From positions 1,550,001-1,614,000 of the forward strand of contig NOWV01000001.1 of NCBI GenBank assembly GCA_003344405.1: a stretch of 64,000 bases of DNA, written 5' to 3'. This DNA is from Trichoplax sp. H2. Its lineage: Eukaryota. The position numbers and the translations under genes were made by a program. The notes below the pieces were generated by a model, which worked only from the letters and a program-made list of their open reading frames with translations, was not told the DNA's origin and searched no databases. Positions 26,566 to 38,292 of this stretch are shown in pieces. Within the stretch, counting starts at the first letter, position 1. The number at the start of each line of letters is the position of its first letter.

Positions 26566-28549
26566 GGTAGGATGGAAGTAGTAGATAATCTTAGAGTATC
26601 GTACAGTCAGTAGGTCTTTATATCTTATATCAATGAGTTTGGATTGAAGTTAATTCCATAAAGGTTAGTGTGTGGTTTAATTCTACTCACTGTATTATGA
26701 ACTTTACCCCCTACGGTTAAGACTACCTTTGTATACTTATTTCCTATTAAGTGGACATGTCATCGGGTGTATCAGCACAATCTAAGGCAAACAATAAAAA
26801 CTCTGTTATCATTTCATATATATCAAAAAACAAAGTTCACGAGAAAAAGAAAGACTTTTGCTATTGTTTTCAACGTTTATTTCTCTTTTAATTGCGATAT
26901 AAAAATTTTAAAGATGTTTTGTTTTCATAGAGTCAAAATTACTCTAACTAGAGCAATAGGACAATTTCGCGCGAGCAACTAGACTACAATACATAGCGAT
27001 AATATTTGACTCCCAATCGTGTACTTGATATTATCCTATAGTAATTATAGCAGTATACTGACCAGAACTAAATCTTATCCAGTTGAGCTTGAATAGTAAG
27101 ATTTAAATGAATGCACTATTCATAATATAACTACATTCTTGACTATACGAGAACGTGATAGAAGCGTAAGTGCTCATTATCGCGTTATCCTAATGTCTGT
27201 ATATTTTATTTGTTTGCAAAAGTACTACCCGCTATGCGCACTACTCAAGAATGAGTCACTATCCCAAAACCTGTTAGTGTTGTGATGCTGCCGTTAAATT
27301 GAAAGCTAATACATCTAAGTTATTATCTTCGTATCTCGAGACAAAATGGCTCAGATAATTATCGTCATTAATATTTAATATATCTGCAAATTTATAGATT
27401 GTTAACGCAGAATGTGTTTAATCATTTATTTTTAAATCTTTATAAATAATTTATTATTTCAATTAGAGCACATTAGAGGAACAGTTCGTGTATTTATGAT
27501 TTTATAATTTCAATTACATTGTCTGTTTCTGCTTGCATACAGAATGGTACTATACCACTAATGATATGAATTACTCATTTGCTTAATACGATTTTCTTTT
27601 AAGATACCCGTATAATACGACAACTGAACCTTCTCGTAATCATAGTTTCAAAAATGAATTTGCCGCATTAATTTTCTCTTTGAATTATATAATGATTAAG
27701 ATTGTAGTTGTAACGATTCGATATAACTAAATATACTGATAACTCTAGAGTTAAGTTAACTTAAGGTTCAACCCATTTTCAGTAAGGCGGCCTTTCAAAT
27801 TGCTTTCTTATAGTTTTAAAATGCTGATATTGATTTACTGTATTTTTGTGAGGATAACGTGCGTAGCTATAGCATGTAGTTGCATAATTCACTAACTTTT
27901 ACTTTTATTTAACGCACAATTATTTCATCCTGAACAAAATATGGTGATACATAGACGCTGCACAGTACGCAATTCAGATTGCATTGGAATTAAGCTCTCA
28001 ATGAACAAATTAAAATTAGAATCCTTTATTATTCGGTATTCTCAGACATATCATAGGCCATAGTTCGCATAAACGGTGATGTAGAATTTTATTTGCTTGA
28101 ATTCATTTATGTAAGTACTTTAAGGATGTGAGATTTAATATGAATGGTTACCAAATAATAATTAATGAAACAATTTGGCTATTTACTAGCGGACCCAAGT
28201 TTAGTTGTTAGCATTTATGGCAGAGGATAATGTAATGACATTCCGAAAATGCATCAAACCCGGCATGCGCCATCACACTAAAAATAATACATCACTCTGA
28301 ATATGACATCAAGATTATGTTTTTTATTGAAGGAATAGGCATGATATAAACATAAACCAATAATATATCCAGATAAATTTATACAAGTAATTTTAAATGT
28401 CAGTAAAGATTTTCCAACTTTTGATTTTAAGTTTTTCGTAATTACTTTTCTATTGATATCGAATGATTTTAAGTTAATAAAAAATAGTAGTAATGAAATG
28501 CATAACTGTTTCTAAAATGTAAAGTGATACTATTTTTTTAATCTTGACT

Positions 28550-30029
28550 CTAAGATAACGAATTTTCCTTATCAAATCTTAAAATAAATAGATTTTCACG
28601 CCCTGCCTTTCGAGACAGAATTATTTCACCACTGAGACCAACCATCTTCATTGTCTTAATAATTTCATCTACATGTATAAATAAACAATGCGCTTATTTT
28701 TCTTCTTAGCGTTAAGAGATACCGTAAGTAGTGAAGATAGCCGCTGTTTATTACAGCCATTTAGTAGCCTCAAGTTAGTAATTGACATACTATAGATATA
28801 ATACTAGATAATCATTTAGTTTAATTACTAGGAGATGGATAAAATTACCAGACTTTGGCAACTTTCGAAATACCTGGATAATTTTCTTTTATGGCAACCA
28901 GATAGAACAATCCACTAGGCGAAAGAAGTTGTGGAACTATGGTAAACAGTCTGTCCATGACCTTTAGAATAAGTCGTAAAAAAAATCTCAACTTAATTAT
29001 AGATATTAATGTCCTAACTTTATTTCACTATAATGTAGGATTATCAATTATTAATGCAGCATATAGAGTAATAATTATATACACAAGATTATATAATTAT
29101 TAGTAGATGGATGACCTCTCTTCCATTTTCTCCGCCGGCCCAAGAGGCTTCAATGCCATTTCCGGAAATCTTTAAGAAAGGGATAATGCGACATTTACTC
29201 GTAATTTCATACATTTTACTAAGGAGAGTTAAAATCGACCTCTTTGGAAGGTGTAACTACGTATGGAGGATTAAATAATATCACGTCTACATTTCCAGTT
29301 AAGCGATCTTTTAAGCCAGATACCTACACGTAATTACATAGACCTTTAACAAACGCGTGAACATGTAAGAGCGTATAGTATTATGCAGTTTGTAGCAATA
29401 TTCTAATAGCAAACGTAAATAGAAGTAGCAACATCAAACACTTAAGCGATGCTTTCCAGAAGATGACTAAAAAGCTCTATTCCCATACCAGATCTGTTAT
29501 GATAACTTCACATTGTGGCATTTCGTTCAATTTTGCAGTATCGATCGTGCAATTAGCTGCGATAGGGTTAATATCGGTAGCCCTAAGGTAGAGTAAAATG
29601 AAGGATTTGAAGTCAAACAGCAGCAATTTACTCCCTAACGTTATAATCAACATTCATAAAAGATATGTTGAATGTTTTCATCTTTAGCACTTATCAAGTC
29701 TCTTACATATAATAACATTCAGGTCCCAATATTTTCGATATGAATGATATTATAGCACCAGAACCAGAACCAACCTCTATACAAATTAAAGGGCTACAAA
29801 AGGTAACAGCTTCAATCTTCGAGGAATCTTTTACAGTACTGTACTGCGAGAAAATAATGGTAAAGATAACTTCATGTTAGCCATATTAGACTTGCCTTCT
29901 TTCTTTTAACAGAATCGCATCATTTTGCAATGCATCCATAAATAGGAAAGTATCTTCAGCAGCATCGTAGACATAGTTTACGTAAGGCTTTCTTGATAGA
30001 TGAGAGATTGAAGGTGTGGGATAATCCAT
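28550..30029 (-). CDS. N6AMT1: HemK2/N6AMT1 (eRF1 glutamine methyltransferase, KMT9 alpha), ~219 aa, 7 exons
   Basis: Exons 30029-29896, 29793-29707, 29582-29489, 29323-29240, 29169-29116, 28961-28874, 28668-28550 (660 nt). Motifs VYDAAEDTFLFMDAL, CIEVGSGSG (SAM binding), TDINP, FNPPYVVTP, ASWAGGENGREVMDR, LSPSGLFYLV, SRKAGRENL. Absent from the ORF track because the exons are short. Confidence 0.95.
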
Positions 30030-30386
30030 TGGTTATCAAGTAATGATTTTACGAAATTATAAACTTTTCTTCCAATTTGATAAAATGTATTTAGAAATGC
30101 AGTAATTATGTAGAATTCGAATTAGTTGGTTAGCAAGTAATTGTGTAACTACTGTATTATCCAAGCTGCAAAACTATGAGCATTTTCAAGCCCATAAAGT
30201 CCATTTTACGTCATCTAAAGGTGATAAAGTACTGCATACATTTCTCTTGTCTGATCATATACCCTATATTTACTCTTGTACCCTTACTAATAATTGAATG
30301 ACTAGGGTATACTATAATTTGTAAATGAGGATAGCATCGAAATGAGAAGGGCTCACGTTAGCTCGAGTATTTTGGGAAATGCATCT

Positions 30387-30560
30387 AGTACTACAGTACA
30401 GTACTACAGTACAGTATAATGTACAGTATACTGTACACTGTACACAGTACAGTACGGGAGTTCATGACTGGAAGGACTTTACAGTACGTACTGTACATAC
30501 TGTACTGTAGATTTGGAGTTGAAAATGGTGTCTCACACTACAGTACAGTACAGTACTGTA
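30387..30560. promoter_or_regulatory. Dense (ACAGT/ACTGT)n cluster upstream of N6AMT1
   Basis: For example CTACAGTACAGTACTACAGTACAGTA and CTACAGTACAGTACAGTACTGTA, 0.35-0.55 kb upstream of the ATG. Function is inferred. Confidence 0.45.
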
Positions 30561-30609
30561 TGACCAGTGCCCAAGATTGTCTTATGTTGCACTATTTGGC
30601 TTAGTGGAA

Positions 30610-30978
30610 GTCAAATCGATGTTAGTAGATTGACGAGGATCGAAGTAGATTTACTGTCAAATAAATGTCAGTAAATTGACGAGGATCGAAGTAGATTTAT
30701 TGTCAAATAGATGTCAGTAAATTGAGGAGGATTGAAGTAGATTTATTGTCAAATAGATATCAGTAGATTGAGGAGGATCGAAGTAGATTTATTGTCAAAT
30801 AGATATCAGTAAATTAAGGAGGATCGAAGTAGATTTATTTTCAAATAGATATCCGTAAATTGACGAGGATTGAAGTAGATTTATTGTCAAATAGATATCA
30901 GTAAATTAAGGAGGATTGAAGTAGATTTATTGTCAAATAGATATCAGTAAGTTAAGGAGGATCGAAGTAGACTTATTG
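30610..30978. repeat. Minisatellite, ~8 x 46 bp
   Basis: Consensus TAGATATCAGTAAATTGAGGAGGATCGAAGTAGATTTATTGTCAAA; equivalent positions at 30631, 30677, 30723, 30769, 30815, 30861, 30907, 30953 (exact 46-bp period, no spacers). Confidence 0.95.
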
Positions 30979-31006
30979 AAGTATAACGAACACACTTTAC
31001 AGGTGT

Positions 31007-32212
31007 TGTTGTTAAGATAGAGATATATCATCGGAGAAAGAGTAGATCAAGAATGCTTTTAATAAGCAGATGTATACGATGATATACACCAATTTGTCAC
31101 AACCCTCTCTTATGACATAGGAAACGTAAATTAACTAAGTAAAAAAATCTCTGGTGTAACTATAATAACTCGGGTTACTTCTCCCAGTCTCTCCAGTTTC
31201 TATGTTAGTGATATACGAGTGTATGTAGGTAGTTCTATAGATCAAGATAGGTGTGCTATCAGTATACTGTGCACGTACTGTGCCCATTCTATCATACTGT
31301 ACAGTGGTCTGATGCTACGTTGCAATGGCTACTCTAGATATCATCACTTTTACGTCCAGCTATAGCGGGACTCTGCAGCTATTGCTATTTTCGAGAATTT
31401 CAATCATTAAATGTTTCTTTCTGGAAAGACTGTAGTCAATAGGAATTAGTATGGACTATAACAGAATGAGACGAACTCTAGCTATAAAATCGCTCGCTCT
31501 GCATTAAAGGGAAGGTGGGAAGGATGAGATCGAAGAATACTCTGATCTTCTTCATCTAGTTGCCAGCATACCAGCTTGATTTCATGCATTGCTCACGTGT
31601 ACCATCTACCCACCAGTATTAAGTCCCTAGTAATTATTGTGCGGTATTACGACGCGTGTATGCTCAGAAATACCTGAGAAACAAGTAAGGTCTCGCAAAA
31701 TAACAACCGAGAAGAGTACCCAAAGAATTCATACATTAAGCTATGCCTATATATACGCGTAAAATAACTGTTAAGCGGTAGACAACTTACTATACTGTAC
31801 TATATACTGTACAGCATCACACTCTGGCGGAGAATGTATTGGATCTCCCTATGTATAACTTTAGAAGGATAATTTTACTTTATGTGTACCAGGAGTTTCT
31901 GACCAGACTATAAAAGGCTGGTGTCTGAAGATCACTTTTTAGTTAGTTAGTCTTAGTCGGTTAGTTAGTCAACTAGTTTGTCAATTGCTATTGAATTGTC
32001 AAGACAATAATCTTGGTTGTCAAGATTTCTTCAGCAATAAATAGTAGTCAATCTCTGACTACCTCGTCTACATTATACTATAGTATTCGGTCGTTGGAAC
32101 TGAATTATTTGGTGATATAGCTAATCTCGCTTCTTTAAGTCAGTAAGAGGCGTTCTTCATAAGCATTGGCGTTTTGTAGACTACTTTGTCACTAGTGGTG
32201 TGTGTAACAACA
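31007..32212 (+). mobile_element. Candidate solo LTR (~1.2 kb)
   Basis: Termini TGTTGTTA...TAACAACA (8-bp perfect inverted repeat, TG...CA); flanks GTGT / GTAT (4-bp TSD with one mismatch); TATAAAAG at 31909, then a TTAG-rich tract and AATAAA at 32036; no ORF. Confidence 0.45.
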
Positions 32213-33659
32213 GTATATCATTGAACTACCAACTTAAATGCAAGGGAAGGCTCGATGAATCGGCAGTAGTGGACTTTAGTTGTTATACAGAGAATTATAC
32301 AGCGTATCAGAAGTTTGCTATGCAGTTCTAAGACTAACATATTATTCAGTAGATCAACATACTAACGTACAGTGTACACCGCAGTAGAATGCTTTAGCAG
32401 ATGGAACATCGACCAACTAGTAATTAATAATCGTTTGGTCAACGGTATCGCATTCCATAATTACATCTAGCATATTGCTATATTATTCGCAAGACAAAAT
32501 TATTTATTTTTAGAACGTAAGATGATTTATTAACATTGAATAGGAAGTTATAACAGCGCCAGCACGTCGAAGTTTACATGCAATATTTATATGCACACCA
32601 TGAATTAGTTGCGCCGGATTGCATTCAAGATTGATTTCTAAAGCGCAAGCACATATTTAGCAAAGCATTCTATGCATCTAAAGATTTAGAAAGTGTAGTA
32701 TCGTATGGTGTAAGATAAAAAAAATGAATTTTTTTGCGGTTAACAAGCAATTGACTACAATTTCCAGCTATTATTATTATTAAATCAAATCGTCAGATAG
32801 TTTGCAATGGCAATAATCATAGGTCAACGACATCTATAATTTCACAGAAGTGTCAATTTCGCTATATGTAGACGTATACGCATTTATTTTTAATCGCTAA
32901 ATTTATACATTAAGAACGAATAAATATAAGACATTCTTTGATTAAAGCATACTGTATAATCGGTGAATTTTCGTGCAAAAATCGGAATACTACAGCTTTA
33001 ATAGCAAAATTTAGGGTATGTGCCTAGTTTTTTTGTCCTAATAATACTTTGGAAAATTCACAATACCTATGCGAAGGGTAAGCTATGAATCTGTTTAGAA
33101 ACTAAAATACAAGGGTAAATTTGGAAAAATTGCAAGGTTATCATACGTAAGCTCATATTATCTTGTTGTTATAACATATGATATAAACTCCTTTTGAAGT
33201 CATGTCTCATATGCGTAGAACTTTTACTGGTGGCATAAATGTACGAAGATGTATATTTACATAACAGACTAGCAGTTTTTAATTTGTTTTTGCTTAACGT
33301 GCGAGCCTACGTCAGTAAAATATTAGTTTCTATGCGTACAGGTGCTGAAAATGAATTTACTGCCTAATATTTTATTGATAGATTAAGTATGTACTTGAAG
33401 CTGATTCAATCAAGCTTTTCAAATTTGTTACTCGCTTAGTTGATGTTATTATCTTTAACAGAACTCATTATGATACAGCTTGCTGGTATCCAAAAACTTA
33501 TTCTAAAGTACTACAGCGAACATCGGAGTTATGCACGGAAGTCATAGCTATACGGACGCCATCTACGTAATGCATTTGGTTATCTCTTGATATCTATCTT
33601 ACTTGCCAATGTATCGTAATCTAGTACCGCATGTAGTCTAAAGGCGAAAGTTCAAATAA

Positions 33660-36600
33660 TTAATTATAATCTTGCTTAGCTTTCGTTAGATTTTTCGATT
33701 TAGCAAGGTCGATTTCCGTGTTCGAAACTTCGTTAACTTTTCGAAATTTTCTAGTTAAACTTGGTGATGCACTTGCCTCTGGAGGAAGGAAAGGTGGAAT
33801 TACTTTTGATGGACTTCTGCTGGTGCTACATCGTCCTCCAGAAATGCCCTGACTTTTGCTTGTTAGAAATCTAGCCTTAATGTCACTTTCAAATTCGGTA
33901 TTTGCTAATGATTGCTTTCCATTGATAGAACTGCTCGAACCAGGATTTAATTGGACATCCTGGGTTAAGCAAGGATCGTTTGACTCCTTACTGGCTAAAC
34001 TCTGAGTAGAAGTAGTACTACTAAAGGAAGAGCTATTAGCTCTTTTCGACATTGTACACTTATTATCAAAATCATGAGCTACCCATGAATTGCGATGCTC
34101 GATACTTTGTGAGACGGGCAAGTAGCAGAGATTGCTGGCTGACGATTTTGGCCCTCCAGATTGATTCCTAGGATTATTCTTACTAACGCTATCATTTCTA
34201 ATATCGTTATAAGCGTCCATTTCGATATAATCAGCGAATTCTTTCTTACCACTTGTATTATTTCTATCATCTGATGTTTTATAGTGTCCAACAGAATTTT
34301 TACGAAAATCGATATCAATGTAATCTGATGGCTTGCTATTAATATCTCTATCCGGTTGCATGACCGTATAGTGGCCGTACTTTTGACTAATTTCTTTCTT
34401 TTTGGCACAGTTATACACATGGCTTTCATCAGTTTGCGATGCTACATCAACGTATACTTTAATGGTAGGTTTTACTTCGGTTAGCTGCAATTTTGAACTA
34501 TCTTTGGATGCATTAAGAATGTTGACAGGAGCATTAGATTTATTATGATTTCGTTCCGATTGAAGAGATTGATCAATGTAATTTTGAGCGATCATATCAT
34601 AATAATCAATCTCTGCGCACTGTTTCTCATTACTAGGTTCCATGTTTATGTAATCTGTTTCATCATTCGTCCCGTCGGTTGTTATTTCAATATTCATGTA
34701 GTTGGTAGATTGAGGCTTTACCGGTTCCATATCGACATAATCAGTAACTTTTGAGTTTTTATCTAAAGGCGCCATATCAACATAACCGTCTGCCGCTTTT
34801 GTGTTTATCTGAGCAGCCACGGGTTCAATATTTACATAATTATGTGATGATGTACAATTTGTCGCTAAAGAAACTTGATTAGAATCGTCAGACTGAATTT
34901 GTGTACTAGACATATTGACGTTATTTCCGCTTGTGATGCAGGTTGTACTGTGCGTCTTTAGTTCAATATTGTCCACACTAAATCCTTTCTCTTTAAAAAC
35001 AGCTTGCAAACTGATCCGGTCATTTGGTAAACTGTGACTTAGAAAATTATATGCTTTGTTTGCATCTTGCCTGGGATTAATTTCTGAGTTTTTACTTCTT
35101 AAATTGGTATCGGAAACATTTTTAATTATTTTCCTTTCTTGATTTGTTTCTCTTTGAAACCTTAAAGGGCGATCTGTTTTCGCAATTGAAGGGTCTCTTG
35201 GTCTACCTGACTTAATATCAGGGCATTCTGAAGAACTATTAGTCGATTTTGATCTTATGCGTGGAAGGAAATGTGAGAATGAGAATCGCTTGGATATTCT
35301 CTTACTACTTCTATGCAACATATAAAAGTCGGTCCCAGTCAATGTACTTGTAGTAGATGAGATAGTATTGAAATCAATGTTGCTATCATTCCGTGATAGA
35401 GCACACGCATCTGCAATCGGAGTTGTTTCTAGTTTATTTCCTTTCCATGTTCGCATAATTCTGCCAATCCAAATAAACAATTGATTGTTATGAAAAGAAG
35501 ACAATTAATTAAAGTTGCATTGATTAACGTAAAACGGGAAACACTATTTTCTTTACTACCTTATAGCCTTTGCGTGTATTCTTTCGGCTATTATTTGATC
35601 ATCGACCTGCATCCAGAGTTTACCAGGACCGGTACATGCAGAATGACCATTTTCTACAAAGAAAAATTGCCCGGCATGGCCGCATCGCCTTATATATAAA
35701 TATTTTAAAACTAAAGGGTCGGTCGTATCTGAAGAACCTAAGCGTGTTAATTTCATCTCTGATGGTAGCATCTGTAGACTATAAGCTCCGGCCAATTGTT
35801 TGGATTTGGCAACATCTCGGTCAATTACTGTCACTTGCCAGCAATCCTCTAATCAAATAATAATGAAACGTCAGAATATATTACCTACTGTTCTTAATTA
35901 AAGTATTTATTTTTACGGATTGAATCATTTTAATGTAGAATTTATCTTGAATTATCTGTGTAAATGATAATAATGATTGCAATCTAACAATTAAGCTAGA
36001 TGATTGATGTAATAACGAAAAGAAATTGTTATACAATCGTATCGCATTGTAGATCATTATCGTGGCGATGTCGGCGGTAATCATGTAGGCAAAAAGTTAG
36101 CTTTTAGAAGAATAAATAAACAAGGATTGTCAATGGTTCGTAACGCCAAAATTTTTGGATAGTATCTAACAAGCGATTCGGTAACCATTTGTGCAGTACT
36201 AAACTTAAAAAAATTTGATTTTATAGGGCAAAACCTAAAAACCTAGAGGAAGAGAGAATTATTTGCGACTATTCCTCTGTGGTAACCAGCGATTCTTGAA
36301 TGGCGAGACTCATTGCATAGCAACATCTGGCAGTAAATAATTACAGAGTTATGCGACTTTTGTTTATAGTATAGTATACTGTACAGTGTATTGAACTTCT
36401 AAATAGGTCATAGAATTGTAATTAGTTACGTTATTTGGAAAGAAAACTGATAACGAGATTGTATTTTCTGCTATAGTATCGCATAAAGCAGGTATTTAAG
36501 ATACACAAGTCACAGAATCTCCACTGCAATCGCTCTCGAACATCTTAATTAATCGCCAAAAAATTCAGTGCAACATTTTGACATTTTGTAAAGTACATAC

Positions 36601-38292
36601 AGTGATTACAGTAAGAAAATTTAGCTGAAATGGTATATAAATTTTCTTATCGTAAAGAGTGGCCAATGGATTTTAAATACAGAAATTAGTGACTTTAGAA
36701 TATACAAGTATAACATTATCTATCGGTTCATCTTAAGAATATTAAAAGGAAAAGCTATTTGAAAAATCGTGTAATCGTATAGACTCTGCTTATTATTTCA
36801 ACGAGATACTATAACAGATATATTTACATCCCACTATAACAGCTGCTTCTTCTATCATTGTCTACATAGGGTGATATATATATGAATAATTAGGAGTTAT
36901 TTAAGGCTGATAGAATGGTGAATATATAGACCGATATATAATACCACTGAATCCTTTTGACACCCTTTCAAAATACCAAGATCTTAATGTATACGATCGA
37001 TAATGAAAATTGTAAGCGTATGATCTCCGAATCTGATGGAGACCCTACCATCAGTATTCAATTATATTAGACCTCAATATTCATGTAGTCTTCTGCTTTG
37101 ATAGATATCATTTAATTATGACATCAGAATACGTAAATGTTCAAATATCTTTAAATTTTAAAATGAAATTTTACGAAATCAAGTTTAATAACAATGATCT
37201 TATTCCATAAATACTCGTAGCTATGTGCTAATGAAGGCTTGAAGTATCCAAAAGGATACTAAGTATACCTCTGCGCTTAGTATTTTAGTAATAATTTAAC
37301 ACTGTAAAAGCGAGAATAGAACAAAAATTCAATTGTGTTGATAAATGAAATACGAAAGAAAATTTGGTTGACAAAGGACGTTTAAATGGAACACTAAAAT
37401 CGAAAATTGTCGATCTTGAAGTGGTTTAATGTCCAATAATATTGTTGAACTACAATTTGTTATATTGTATGTCCCGTACAATCTTCAAATTGGAGCTATC
37501 ACTTCTTTAAAATCTCTTTCAGTAGAACTCATTAATATCTTTTAAGTACTTATGTATAACGTTACTATGTCCTAGTAACACCTTTACCCATATTATGTAA
37601 CTGTCATGGTAGTTACTAAGCCAAGTTGCTTCTATTCAATTATAAAACATTATTTTTTCACATGCTGCATAGGGTAATAATAAACTTACGATTATCTCTC
37701 GAATTCTGACTATCTGAATGTTTCACTTCATCAATCGCTATCAGCCAGCTTTCTAGTTCTTCTCTTGCTTTAGTATATAAACTATAACAATATTCTTGCG
37801 TATAAAATGACATAGTATATGGGTATTTACTGTTTGCCATTTTGATAATTTTCCAGCAATCAGCTAATCTGATAACACGACGTGGTAAAGCATTTCGATT
37901 AAATTTCTTCTCGTTGTGATAGCATTCTATCCTACTCGGACCAGAATTAGACTCGTATCGTAAAACATAATATCGTTCTCTGGAGTTCTAGTTAACGTAG
38001 AATAACATGGAAAATTCGAATTAATATCTAGTAATATGCGATAGTTTCTAGAGGCACCACTACATATACTTTAAGATGATCTCGATTTTAGTACATGCTT
38101 ATATCCAGATATCGTTTGTAAGTAGAAGCAACCATATCGTAATACATGAAATAAAATAATGTATTTTACTATAAAAGGAATATTTTGTCTAAAAGATGAG
38201 TCACTATGAAAAACCATTACGTTAGTAGAGGTACGACTTACTTTAACTTTTTTCAGGTATCCACGTTTTCTAATATCGGTACTTTCAGCCAT
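33660..38292 (-). CDS. IRS: Insulin receptor substrate (IRS/chico-like): PH + IRS-PTB + tyrosine-motif tail, ~812 aa, 4 exons
   Basis: Exons 38292-38242, 37987-37690, 35848-35560, 35460-33660 (2439 nt in frame). PH: DIRKRGYLKK...RYYVLR...GPSRIECY...EELESWLIAI. PTB: WQVTV...IRRCGHAGQFFFVENGHSACTGPGKLWMQVDD. Tail has YVDM x2, YINM, YYDM, YTVM, YIEM, YVNI, YMNI. Confidence 0.93.

Noticed and set aside
30610-30978. CRISPR-like array
   Set aside because: Units are contiguous with no unique spacers, the context is eukaryotic and there are no cas genes; it is a minisatellite.
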